This document shows positions 42,101 through 51,778 of a stretch of DNA of 64,000 nt, piece by piece. The stretch is taken from positions 98,118-162,117 of the IMG/VR virus record IMGVR_UViG_3300037067_006336; one strand, written 5' to 3'. The notes under the pieces were generated by a model that was given only the letters and a program-made list of their open reading frames with translations, did not search any database and was not told the origin of the DNA. The first letter of the stretch is position 1; the number at the start of each line of letters is the position of its first letter. The DNA comes from a virus. Taxonomy: Duplodnaviria; Caudoviricetes. Both the position numbers and the translations under genes were made by a program.

Positions 42101-42988
42101 ATGAAAATAAAAGAGGTTAAAAAATTTGATAGTAAGATAAATATGGAATTTGAATCCGGGAACCTAACCGGGGAATGTTACGTTAAGGGGGATAAATATT
42201 TTCTAGTCCGTGATAATGACGTGTTACAGGTGAACAACGATTCCTTTTCAATAAAATTACTGGATGTCGATACACTGGCATTAATACTGAGATTTGACAG
42301 ACCTTACGGTGGGACATACTCCAAGATCCCGAGGGAAGAATTCAACACAGTCTTGAATAACGTTATCTTGAAACTAGGGATTTCCAGCGACGAGTTTAAA
42401 GTGGTTGAAGATACTTCAATGTATGGTGATATAAAGGTTGATGAAACAAAAGGTATTGATGCATATGCCGAATTATTGAAACGGCTTAATATCCAGGCTG
42501 CTGAATTATATCGGGAAGAATTGGTACAGGGACTAATGAAAGTAGGGGGTTACACCAAACAATACTCCAGGTTTATAATATGGATTAACAAGTACCGTGA
42601 ACTGTTTAAAGATGATAAGGAGAAACTTCTTTCACCATCCAACCTGTCTGAATTCATGGACGCATATGGCATACGGGATTACAAGGTATTGTATTCTACA
42701 GATGCATTACTGGTTACATCTATCGAGGAAAACGGGATAATACACCACGGATTCATCGGTATACCACCGGATAAAATTGTAGAAGTACTTTCAATATTTC
42801 GCGAGGGTGGTAAAAACCTTTTAAAATTCATAGTTGAAAACATGGTTGATGACATTGATAAAACTATTGAAACATTAAAGGTTAATGGTTTCCAGGAACA
42901 CACCGATTATATCATCAGGAAGGATCCAGCTTTCAAGGAATACTGCAATATGAATGTTGAAGATCGATTTACAATGTTACAATACTAA
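42101..42988 (+). CDS. Hypothetical protein
   Basis: ORF only. Confidence 0.5.
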   Translation: MKIKEVKKFDSKINMEFESGNLTGECYVKGDKYFLVRDNDVLQVNNDSFSIKLLDVDTLALILRFDRPYGGTYSKIPREEFNTVLNNVILKLGISSDEFKVVEDTSMYGDIKVDETKGIDAYAELLKRLNIQAAELYREELVQGLMKVGGYTKQYSRFIIWINKYRELFKDDKEKLLSPSNLSEFMDAYGIRDYKVLYSTDALLVTSIEENGIIHHGFIGIPPDKIVEVLSIFREGGKNLLKFIVENMVDDIDKTIETLKVNGFQEHTDYIIRKDPAFKEYCNMNVEDRFTMLQY

Positions 42989-43015
42989 AGATCATTAAAA
43001 TTAATTCATAAAATA

Positions 43016-43981
43016 ATGGATAAAATATTCATATACCACTCGAAAGACCCCGACGGGTTAACGTGTTACACCCTCGGCACGTTGATTGAAAATTTTAACT
43101 CGAAGTGCGAGTTCATTGGCTGGGACAGGGAACCTAACCCTGGTTGGGAACAGTTCATCAATGACGGTATTAACCCCCGGTTATTCATATTCTGTGACAT
43201 CGCCCCCACTAGGGAACAGGCGGTATCACTGTTGCAACACGGCAATTACATCCATGTATTCGATCACCACCCGACATCATCGAAGGAATTAACGGGTATT
43301 ATGATCGATGCGTGCAATGGCGAACCACGCGTGTTCTACCCTGGTTATGGTCTTGATGAAACAGTATCCGGTTGCATGGTGTACTTCAAGCACAGGTTCG
43401 AGATACTGGTTAAACAGGTCAACATCCTCGGTGATCTTCATGTTGACCTTATCGACCTACAAAGGAAAGTAGAGATAGTATCATCATACGATACCTGGCA
43501 GTTCGTGAACGACAAACCTGGTAGCGTGGAGTTCATCAATAACGTCCACAATTACTTGAACACGCTAGTGATGAACAGGGACGAGTATGCTTCTAACTTC
43601 ATCGAGTCGGATATCCGCAACATGAACTCCAAGGGTAGTATCGTGTCAAGGAACAACATTATGCTAGCCAAGAAAGCACTAGACAGATCTGTACAACTAG
43701 GACCAACCACGGTACTGTTACCGTCTGTTGACGTGACGTTAGAGGTTAATTCAATGACATGGGAGAAATACCCTGGGGCACAAAGGTTCGTAACATTCAA
43801 GGTCGAGTTCAATACCAGATTCGAAGCAATAATGAAAGCATCAATACGGTCCAAGGATGGATCGGCAAGGGTAATAGCAGAGAAGTTCGGGGGAGGTGGT
43901 CATGATGATGCTGGCGGTTTCTCCATCAAACCAAACGATGTAAGCAAGTTACATCGTTTCATACTAGATAATTACTTTTAA
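43016..43981 (+). CDS. DHH/DHHA1 phosphoesterase
   Basis: YHSKDPDG, CDI, FDHH, SIRS, GGGGHDDAGGF. Confidence 0.88.
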   Translation: MDKIFIYHSKDPDGLTCYTLGTLIENFNSKCEFIGWDREPNPGWEQFINDGINPRLFIFCDIAPTREQAVSLLQHGNYIHVFDHHPTSSKELTGIMIDACNGEPRVFYPGYGLDETVSGCMVYFKHRFEILVKQVNILGDLHVDLIDLQRKVEIVSSYDTWQFVNDKPGSVEFINNVHNYLNTLVMNRDEYASNFIESDIRNMNSKGSIVSRNNIMLAKKALDRSVQLGPTTVLLPSVDVTLEVNSMTWEKYPGAQRFVTFKVEFNTRFEAIMKASIRSKDGSARVIAEKFGGGGHDDAGGFSIKPNDVSKLHRFILDNYF

Positions 43982-43992
43982 GATTTCACGTC

Positions 43993-44538
43993 ATGAAGGA
44001 TAAGAAAATACCGCTGGTTAAAGTAATTGAACAAACACCAGGTTATTCTGAAACGGTTTACCTGGATACGAGGAATACCAGGGAGGTTAAAGACAAGTTA
44101 GTATCATTGCAACAATTATCAAATTCTAGGAGGGCAAAGGTAGCCTGCATAATGGAGGTTATGGATCACCATCTTGAGGTGTGCTTCCGGTTCAATGGAG
44201 TCAACCATGTTTTCCAACATATTTATAAACCAGAACAAAACCCTCTGGAGAGACCTGATGGTGTTAGCCAGGATTGTGTCATACACGCCGAGGAGGATTG
44301 CGTTAGGCAGTTCGTAAAATCAAATAAGAATAGCATGTTCCCCAAGGGGTATACCACGCGTTTCACCGTGTCACACGCCCCTTGTATGAACTGTTGCAAG
44401 TTAATGGTGATGGTTAACGTCACGGAGGTAAGGTACGTTGACAAGTACCGGGAATCTTTCGATACACCGGTTTGTGAGGGACACGTTACGCCAAGGGAAT
44501 ACCTTGAGTTACACGGTGTCACAGTCAGTAAAATTTAA
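43993..44538 (+). CDS. dCMP deaminase family protein
   Basis: HAEE and APCMNC zinc motifs. Confidence 0.82.
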   Translation: MKDKKIPLVKVIEQTPGYSETVYLDTRNTREVKDKLVSLQQLSNSRRAKVACIMEVMDHHLEVCFRFNGVNHVFQHIYKPEQNPLERPDGVSQDCVIHAEEDCVRQFVKSNKNSMFPKGYTTRFTVSHAPCMNCCKLMVMVNVTEVRYVDKYRESFDTPVCEGHVTPREYLELHGVTVSKI

Positions 44539-44542
44539 AACC

Positions 44543-44923
44543 ATGAAGGAACTAGATTTGAAAGTAGGTAACAAGTATTTCTTCACGGGGAAAGTATCCC
44601 CGGGGAACAACCTGTTATCGTGTTACGGGATGGTGACAGGAACGGAGAAAACAGGTGATGATACCATGATTTACCTGGGTGATGCTATTTTCATAAACAC
44701 GTCAATGAAGATCAGGAAGGTAGGTTGTGTATTACATAGGGGAAGTGTCAACCATTTCATAAAACATTCATACCTTCTTGACATAAAACCAACATTATTG
44801 AAGGAACCATTGTTTCACGACTTGATGAACAAACCGGAACACGAGGTGCTTAACATCTTGAAACGAGATGATAACCCGTGTGATATCAACAAACCAGGAA
44901 TTATCCTGTACCAGGGACGGTAA
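44543..44923 (+). CDS. Hypothetical protein
   Basis: ORF from ATG MKELDLKVG. Confidence 0.45.
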   Translation: MKELDLKVGNKYFFTGKVSPGNNLLSCYGMVTGTEKTGDDTMIYLGDAIFINTSMKIRKVGCVLHRGSVNHFIKHSYLLDIKPTLLKEPLFHDLMNKPEHEVLNILKRDDNPCDINKPGIILYQGR

Positions 44924-45179
44924 AGGAACGGTAACCTTCCAGGATGAGACAGGGATACTGCTCAGATCGAACGATGTTCAATTCACAGATTTATTGAATC
45001 TTAAGCAAGCTATAGAGTACCACCTTGATGGTGTTACTAGAACAAGGGGGAATTACATTATCCAAACGTACTCCGGTAACACGCGTGTGGATTTCAAGGA
45101 TAATACCGTGAGGTCTGCTTTCACGATACCCTTCGAAAACCTGGAAGAACTGGTGGAATTAATCGGGATGGTGGTTTAA
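44868..45179 (+). CDS. Hypothetical protein
   Basis: ORF only. Confidence 0.4.
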   Translation: MITRVISTNQELSCTRDGKGTVTFQDETGILLRSNDVQFTDLLNLKQAIEYHLDGVTRTRGNYIIQTYSGNTRVDFKDNTVRSAFTIPFENLEELVELIGMVV

Positions 45180-46643
45180 GAATAGATTAAGGCAAAAATA
45201 ACCTTATATCACCTAAAATAATATGAATGATAAACCTTAAATATTTGGATAATGTATCAATACAAGGAATTTTACAAATTTTTATGTAAAAAGGGTTACG
45301 TGAAAGAAATAAGAATCACCGACATGTTGGAACAACAATCATACGTTATAAGGGCACGATCAAGGAAAGGTGGTTACGACAACATCGTGCGCCAGATGGT
45401 GATAGCCGCTAGTTTTTACGGGGGAGAATTCTGTGACAGTGTACTGTGACATAATCAATAACGATGATAGTAGTTCAGTAATCAGATATGAAAATAATGT
45501 TACCGGGTATATAAAATCATCTTCCTGGTATTAAAATTACTATTGAAAGCGAAAATTTGCATTAACCTTAACATATATTTAATCATGATTTACCAGCAAG
45601 GACAAAATTACATACTCAGGGGGAATAACCCAGAAGCTTTCGACGTTGCAGTTGGTTGTTATCACTCGAAAGATACCATCGGAAAATTAATATTCAGTAA
45701 CATAACCTTCACCAGGAACGGGGAATTGAAACAAGGTGACAACGTTTCCATCGATGTTGATTTCATCGATTCAACCAGGGAAACCAAGCTTGAACCCGGA
45801 ACCGTTACATTGAAGGAATTGAACAAGGCTTCACTATCCAGGACAGACACGGAGAAGATGTTGCAATTCATAACCGATAACAACATAGACGAGAAAGAAT
45901 GGATGAAACTATCCCTTAGTGACAGGGTGGTTAAACCAGAATACCATCTTTCATTCGTTATGTTCCTGCTTGATGATAACAGTGACCCTGTAATATTCCT
46001 GGACAGGGAAAATATTTCAAAAGCAAGATATTTAATGACTGGAATTTATGGTTTATCTTTTCTCAACGTTCAAGATTTTTTTACCGATACATCTAAAATA
46101 TCCGCTGAATTAGAAAAATTAAGAAACAATAATCTAGTTATAAATATCGGTAATTTCCCTGGTAATATTGATAAGAAGACCTGCATCGTTACCTTCGTGG
46201 CAGCGACGGGAGAGATTATTCTCGAGAATACTGACACGGGAAGCAAGAAGGAATTGAAGCAACGCAGTGGTTCACCTTTTTATGAATCGTTCCCCGCGTA
46301 TCCTTACATCAAGGAAGATGTTGTTTTCAGGTATTACCCGGAAACAAATAAATTCACGAGTGATCGTAAGTTGGAAGACATCGAGGGTGGTATACTTTAC
46401 ATCAATAAACTGGAAAATGACATACAGGTGAAAAAGAAACAGTTACTTGATAAAGTAACGGATATATTCAAAAATGCCAGGGTGAATGATGGTGAGAAAC
46501 TACTGGATTACTTCAAATCATCAGCAAACGCGTTGAAGAAGGAACAAGGCGTCAAATCCAAGCTGGAAGCCAACTCTATGAGCATGCAGGAGTTCAAGGA
46601 AGCAGAGAGGGTAAAAGCAAGGGAAAAGGCAGAGTTGAAAAAG

Positions 46644-47804
46644 TGTCAAGTTTCACAAGGTTGTTTATGATAACTTGTATTAATTATTTTCAAAGATAAA
46701 ACTTTATTTTTAAATTCATCAGGTTTTTGTAAAAATATTTCAGGTTTAATTTCAAACCATTTTTCAATAGCATCAAAAGGCGTTTTCACATTAAGCTCTT
46801 TTCTCAAACTACCGTGCCTTCTATAAAGAATGTAATACATCAAAAACTTTAATAGTTCTTCTTGCATTTCATCCTTATTATTATATTCATTTATCTTAAT
46901 TGTTTTATTTTTTATAATTCCATTTACTCTTTCAACCATTCCATTTGTTTTAGGAGTTGCAGGTTTTGTAAGCCTGTGTTCAATATTATTCTCATTACAT
47001 ACAACATCTAATTTAGATGGCTTTTGACAATAATGTCCAGTTTTAGATTTTATTAATTTGTTAGTAAATTCAAGACCGTTATCAGTAAGAACATGCGAAA
47101 TTTTAAACGGAAAAAATGCTAAACATTTGTTCATAAAATCCTCAGCATTTTCAGATGTCTTAGCGTCATATACTTCATAATACATAGTTCTTGTGGCCCT
47201 GTCTATTGCAACAAAAAGATAGAATTTTATGCCATCAAATTTGGGCATATAAGTTACATCAATATGCAAATATCCAGGTTCATATTCTTTAAATTTTTTG
47301 GCTTTGTCTTTTTCTTTCTCCGGTACTTTATTTATTTTCTCAAGAACAAAAGTTCTGTAAACAACACTTCTTGTAATACTAGGATTAGTTATCATAACCA
47401 TATCCAGTATTTCATCTAAAGACAGCCATGTAGATCGTCTTATTGTGGAAATAAGTGTTTTTTCAAAGTCATTCAAGGCATAATGGATTGTATGCGGTCT
47501 TGAACTTTTGTCTTCAAAATTTTCCCTGTTTTTCCATTTGCTAACCGTTGGTTCTGATATGTTATACTTATTTGCAAGTTCTAAATTTGTTAAATTACTC
47601 TTGCTAATTTCTAAACGAACGTGTACATTTGTACTTGCGTTTGAGTGATACTCTTGCTTCATGTTTTTGTTTTTTAGAAAATACAAAATTAAGCAAGTTA
47701 TCATTTATAATGCTACTTCCCCCTTCCTTTGCTTCGTTCCGCTGCGCTCCACTTCGCAAAGGAAGGGGGAAGTTTATCCATTAACAACGTGGTGAAACTT
47801 TACA
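46644..47804 (-). mobile_element. IS481-family insertion sequence, 1161 bp
   Basis: TGT..ACA ends; 22-bp terminal inverted repeats matching 19/22; AAAAAG duplicated at 46638-46643 and 47805-47810; markedly AT-rich. Confidence 0.93.
46646..47704 (-). CDS. IS481-family DDE transposase
   Basis: N-terminal HTH, PGYLHIDV, AIDRATR, LTDNGLEF, PKTNGMVER. Confidence 0.93.
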   Translation of the reverse strand: MITCLILYFLKNKNMKQEYHSNASTNVHVRLEISKSNLTNLELANKYNISEPTVSKWKNRENFEDKSSRPHTIHYALNDFEKTLISTIRRSTWLSLDEILDMVMITNPSITRSVVYRTFVLEKINKVPEKEKDKAKKFKEYEPGYLHIDVTYMPKFDGIKFYLFVAIDRATRTMYYEVYDAKTSENAEDFMNKCLAFFPFKISHVLTDNGLEFTNKLIKSKTGHYCQKPSKLDVVCNENNIEHRLTKPATPKTNGMVERVNGIIKNKTIKINEYNNKDEMQEELLKFLMYYILYRRHGSLRKELNVKTPFDAIEKWFEIKPEIFLQKPDEFKNKVLSLKIINTSYHKQPCET

Positions 47805-48356
47805 AAAAAGGATAAAAACGAGGAATCAATAAACAATTACATTGAATCCAACAACATACCAGGTTCAATAACGGAATTCAAGGAAGATACAAGGGTGAGA
47901 CCGTTGAACGACATAACGAAGGGTGACGTGGTACTTTACACGGAGCCGGTGTTCGAGGGATCGTACCCCAGGGTTACATACTCACATGACAGGACCATAC
48001 TGGCACTGGTACTGAAGGAATCATACGGCACCAAGGGGCAACACACATTCACCTTGAGGGTTATAGACTGTGATGACCCGGCACTAGACGCGGGCGAGAA
48101 CATAACCAGGAAGGGGAGGAACGTGTACAAGGAATGCAGGGGTATACAGTTATCCAGCCAGGAACAAAGACAACAGAAACATTCACGCAAGGAGGATGCG
48201 ACGGAAAGCAAGTACTGGGAATGGTACAGGGAAGCCCACGACGAGGGGAAAACGTGGAAGATGGAGAAGATACCATCATGGTTTTTGAAGAAACACGGTT
48301 TGGAAAACAACTAACCACCAGCACTTTACGGAATTGATAAAACATAACGTGAAAAT

Positions 48357-48389
48357 TAACCCGTCAACCTACCCATGATTGACGGGTTA
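48357..48389 (+). terminator. Hairpin, probable terminator
   Basis: TAACCCGTCAA / TTGACGGGTTA. Confidence 0.6.
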
Positions 48390-48446
48390 TTATATTATTA
48401 CAGGATACATGTAAACAGGGATGAATACCCAGTGATATTAAAGATT

Positions 48447-48720
48447 TCCAGGCATGGGTTGCTCATGGTAACCCGCTTTTACCAGGTGGCGGTACTGGAC
48501 GGGGGTTCGAATCCCCCTAGCTCCACTTCCATTTGAAGAACCTGGTGGGTGATAACAGGTTAAACCACCCGTACCGGGGCTAAAAGGATTTAGACATACC
48601 GAGGATACTGGTAACGAGTCACGGCCTGGATGCCAACTAAATGGCAAAACAATTGAAATGGAAACAGTAGACGCCAAGGTAGTGTCTATGTCTCCGGTGC
48701 ATGCTAGAGTAGCATGCTAG
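48447..48720 (+). ncRNA. ssrA: Circularly permuted (two-piece) tmRNA
   Basis: 3' tRNA-like end GGGGGTTCGAATCCCCCTAGCTCCA (to 48525) precedes 5' end GGGGCTAAAAGGATTTAGAC (from 48576); G3-U70 pair; cross-piece helices; tag frame 48643-48720. Confidence 0.85.
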
Positions 48721-48726
48721 TGAAAC

Positions 48727-48752
48727 GGGGCGGGGATTGCTCCCCGCCTTCA
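48727..48752 (+). terminator. GC-rich hairpin after the tmRNA tag
   Basis: GGCGGGGA / TCCCCGCC. Confidence 0.5.
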
Positions 48753-48888
48753 CCACTGGTAAAAATTTGAAAAATAACGATACGAAGTATGGGAAAGATG
48801 AAGAAACTAATAACAGTACCTGTTATATGGGTTACTTGCGTGATGATAATATTACTATCTTGGGTATTCTCCAGGAAAATATCATGAT

Positions 48889-49245
48889 ATGGAAGAAATT
48901 TTGAAACAACACACCGGTAATGACATCGTGGTTAAACACGACAACGCTTTCAGGTACGGGTTCCCGTGGATTGGTATTCAAACATTTAAATCAGGTAAAA
49001 TGAACAAGACGTTATCGAAACAAGAAGCCTTAGACCTGATGGGGAAAGGCATAAAAGTTACCCACCATTTCTTCAGTAAAAAGGAATGGATGACACTTGA
49101 CAAGGATGGTAAGCTGCTTACCGAGGACGGTTGCACCAGGAGCGTGGATGAATTCTACCAGTACAGAAAGGGGAAGGAATGGGAAGTAGGTTACTTCGTG
49201 TTCGTTAACAGGAACTTGGAACAGGTAGGGGTTGAAGTACGATAA
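48889..49245 (+). CDS. Hypothetical protein
   Basis: ORF only. Confidence 0.5.
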   Translation: MEEILKQHTGNDIVVKHDNAFRYGFPWIGIQTFKSGKMNKTLSKQEALDLMGKGIKVTHHFFSKKEWMTLDKDGKLLTEDGCTRSVDEFYQYRKGKEWEVGYFVFVNRNLEQVGVEVR

Positions 49246-49269
49246 ATGTTGTTTTAAAGATGAATAGAA

Positions 49270-49911
49270 ATGGAAATTGAAAAGGATACACATGAAATAA
49301 CCCTGCCAAGGGTGCAACTTGAATTGTTGGAATCTACCATCAAGCAACAAGATGAAAAGTTAAAGGAACTGGAGACCTACAAGGAATCAAGAACCACCAC
49401 GCACGTTTTATGCATATCTATTAACGGGGTATACAATAATATTGATACTTTCGATATCGAGGGTATTGGTTATAATGAAGAAAAACTCAAGTTAAGAAGT
49501 GAATCCCAACACCTTTACGGTAATATCATTGCTGATGTCACCGATAAGATGAACAAGTCAAGGGCGTATGCGGAAATACAGGTTAATGATGAGATAAACA
49601 TATTGAGGCGTCAGTTGATGGAAGTTAAGGACAAACTCCAAAAAGAAAGACAAGAAACAAGGGAACTGGAAAAGAAATTTAACCAGTCTAATCGTGAGAT
49701 TGAAAAAGTACATGATGCCCTGTCAGAATGTTCTAGTCTTTCCAAATTTAATATTGTGACAATTACATTGATTGGTATATTTTTGGTGGTAAACCATATT
49801 ACCAACCATAAATCTTTATCCATGATAGTGGTAGCATGTTGTATATTATTCACGGTAATCTCCAACATAAGTATGATCCAGATAAAAACAAGTAAAAATG
49901 ATGAATCCTAG
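49270..49911 (+). CDS. Coiled-coil protein with two C-terminal transmembrane helices
   Basis: Heptad-rich body; two hydrophobic C-terminal segments. Confidence 0.5.
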   Translation: MEIEKDTHEITLPRVQLELLESTIKQQDEKLKELETYKESRTTTHVLCISINGVYNNIDTFDIEGIGYNEEKLKLRSESQHLYGNIIADVTDKMNKSRAYAEIQVNDEINILRRQLMEVKDKLQKERQETRELEKKFNQSNREIEKVHDALSECSSLSKFNIVTITLIGIFLVVNHITNHKSLSMIVVACCILFTVISNISMIQIKTSKNDES

Positions 49912-49937
49912 AGCATGATAACTGATAGATCACGCTA

Positions 49938-50294
49938 ATGAAACACATGAACAAAGAATTTATATTATGCGCTTCCATATGGGTTAACGATGGACAGGAA
50001 CATGGGCAACAACCTGTAAATATTGATACCGGGTTCGTTATTTGCGGTAGAAGACACAGTAACTGCTACCAGACCATCAAAGATTTGAAAGGGGATGTAA
50101 GCGAGTATTTCAAATCTTTAGGTATCCGGAATGAGAATCATAGAGAACACCAGGGATTCATAACATCCCTAGACAGGTATGTTGACCGTAAGGAAGGATG
50201 GGTCATCGCGAAAGCAAATAACCAGGTTCAATTCGGCCTGGTTGCAAGTGAAAACGAAGACGATTCAATACTCATATCGGAGAACCTGTATTAA
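49938..50294 (+). CDS. Hypothetical phage protein
   Basis: ILCASIW, ICGRRH, QGFITS..YVDRKE, SENLY. Confidence 0.55.
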   Translation: MKHMNKEFILCASIWVNDGQEHGQQPVNIDTGFVICGRRHSNCYQTIKDLKGDVSEYFKSLGIRNENHREHQGFITSLDRYVDRKEGWVIAKANNQVQFGLVASENEDDSILISENLY

Positions 50295-50325
50295 ATTTCC
50301 AATAATAACTTTTAAAAATGATATT

Positions 50326-50784
50326 ATGAAAATAACGTTAGAATACAAGAATAAGATGAAAATTCGCTTGATATTAATCTTTTTAATCACATCGATAATA
50401 CCTTGCTCAATCATCAACACCATGTACGACTTGTTACAACAGGTGATCACGAATGAACTTGCCAGGATATTATCTTTCATACTGGTGACGATACCTATTT
50501 GTATTATATCGGTTTTATCGGTATCTCTTTTCATGATGGATAGTTATATCAGAAAGAAGTTCAAAAGCGTTAAGAAACCACCTCCTACTTTTATTCGCAC
50601 AGGGAATGTCATGAGATCGCATGACTTAATCCTTCTCGATGAATACGGTGGTATACACACGGATTGTTATTACATGGAAGAAACAGGGAAAGGTGGAAAG
50701 TGGATTAAACGAATCAATGCAACACATGATGAACTTGAAGGTGTGAAAGGATGGTACCTGGAGCCGGAGAGGGAAGTAAAATAA
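50326..50784 (+). CDS. Membrane protein
   Basis: Two hydrophobic helices. Confidence 0.45.
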   Translation: MKITLEYKNKMKIRLILIFLITSIIPCSIINTMYDLLQQVITNELARILSFILVTIPICIISVLSVSLFMMDSYIRKKFKSVKKPPPTFIRTGNVMRSHDLILLDEYGGIHTDCYYMEETGKGGKWIKRINATHDELEGVKGWYLEPEREVK

Positions 50785-51059
50785 TATCATGTAATCAATA
50801 ATTTTAAACTATGACATATCTAGTGAAAATAAAAGGGTTAGTTGTTAAAAAGGGGAATAAAGGGTGGAATCCCATCAAGAAGAAATGGGAAACTGCTTAC
50901 ACCATATTGAACATGTTTACCGTGGTTAAATACGGGATTGCAGTGTTCAAGGGTCCAAAATACAGGGTAAAAAGAAGTTACGGGTTACGTTTTAAACCCA
51001 TGATACATCATTTAAAGGTAATGCGTAAACATCCCAAGATTATCATGATAAATTAATAT

Positions 51060-51280
51060 CAAACCTAACATTGATATGTATATGATTAATACGATCATGA
51101 TGTCCTTGATGTGTTATATGTATGTGTTTGACATGATCATGATCCCATTGATATGTTATTACTCATCATATTCGATGTATGGATGTGATTAAGGTTGACA
51201 TGATGTCTTTGATATGTATATGTTTATGAGAATCATGATCCACTTACATCAACCTGGTATTGATACACGGGTTACAAACA
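51060..51280 (-). repeat. Inverted copy of the 8.7-9.1 kb repeat unit
   Basis: Reverse complement reads ATGATGAGTAATAACATATCAATGGGATCATGATCATG, similar to CATGATGAGTAATACTATACAAGGGTATCATGATCATG near 8893. Confidence 0.65.
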
Positions 51281-51332
51281 TGTTACAGGATATAAGAGAT
51301 GTTCAAGATATTCAAAATAAAACCATACCATC

Positions 51333-51638
51333 ATGAATCAATTAAAGGAGAATCCAACGAGCGAGGAGAAATTAAAACGCGAGCGTGAAGTATTCGAGGA
51401 CAAGGTTTTCAAGGAGAAGATAGCAAGGTTGTCATCCTCGTACCAGGATAACATCCGAAAGTTCAACGATGATGAGAAACGTTTGAAAGAACTGGAGAAA
51501 CTAGAGAAGTGGGACGAGTGGTTCGCCTTGCGCAACGGGGAATGGAACGACCTTAACATCAAGGTCAACATGGAACACGAGACTTATGACACGTTCAAAC
51601 AATTCCACGTGCCAAACAACATAACATTACACAGGTGA
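51333..51638 (+). CDS. Hypothetical protein
   Basis: ORF after CAGGATAT at 51286. Confidence 0.55.
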   Translation: MNQLKENPTSEEKLKREREVFEDKVFKEKIARLSSSYQDNIRKFNDDEKRLKELEKLEKWDEWFALRNGEWNDLNIKVNMEHETYDTFKQFHVPNNITLHR

Positions 51639-51778
51639 ACAAGGTATCAAGATGTTGCAAAACGACATCAAATTTCATCAGGTGTTTCACCTTCACTATC
51701 ATGATGTGGTTAATGATAAGATGCATGGTGATATGGAGACAATTCAAGTACTGGTTGGTTAATTGAAAATTTAATATC

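Larger units (their letters stand above)
45585..48314 (+). pseudogene. Phage gene interrupted by IS481 (45585-46643 joined to 47811-48314)
   Basis: Removing the IS and one target-site copy gives in-frame ..AELKK-DKNEESINN..RVRPLNDITKGD.. Confidence 0.85.

Noticed and set aside
48490-48530. Standalone tRNA or attP fragment
   Set aside because: Better explained as the acceptor piece of the permuted tmRNA because of the cross-piece pairings.
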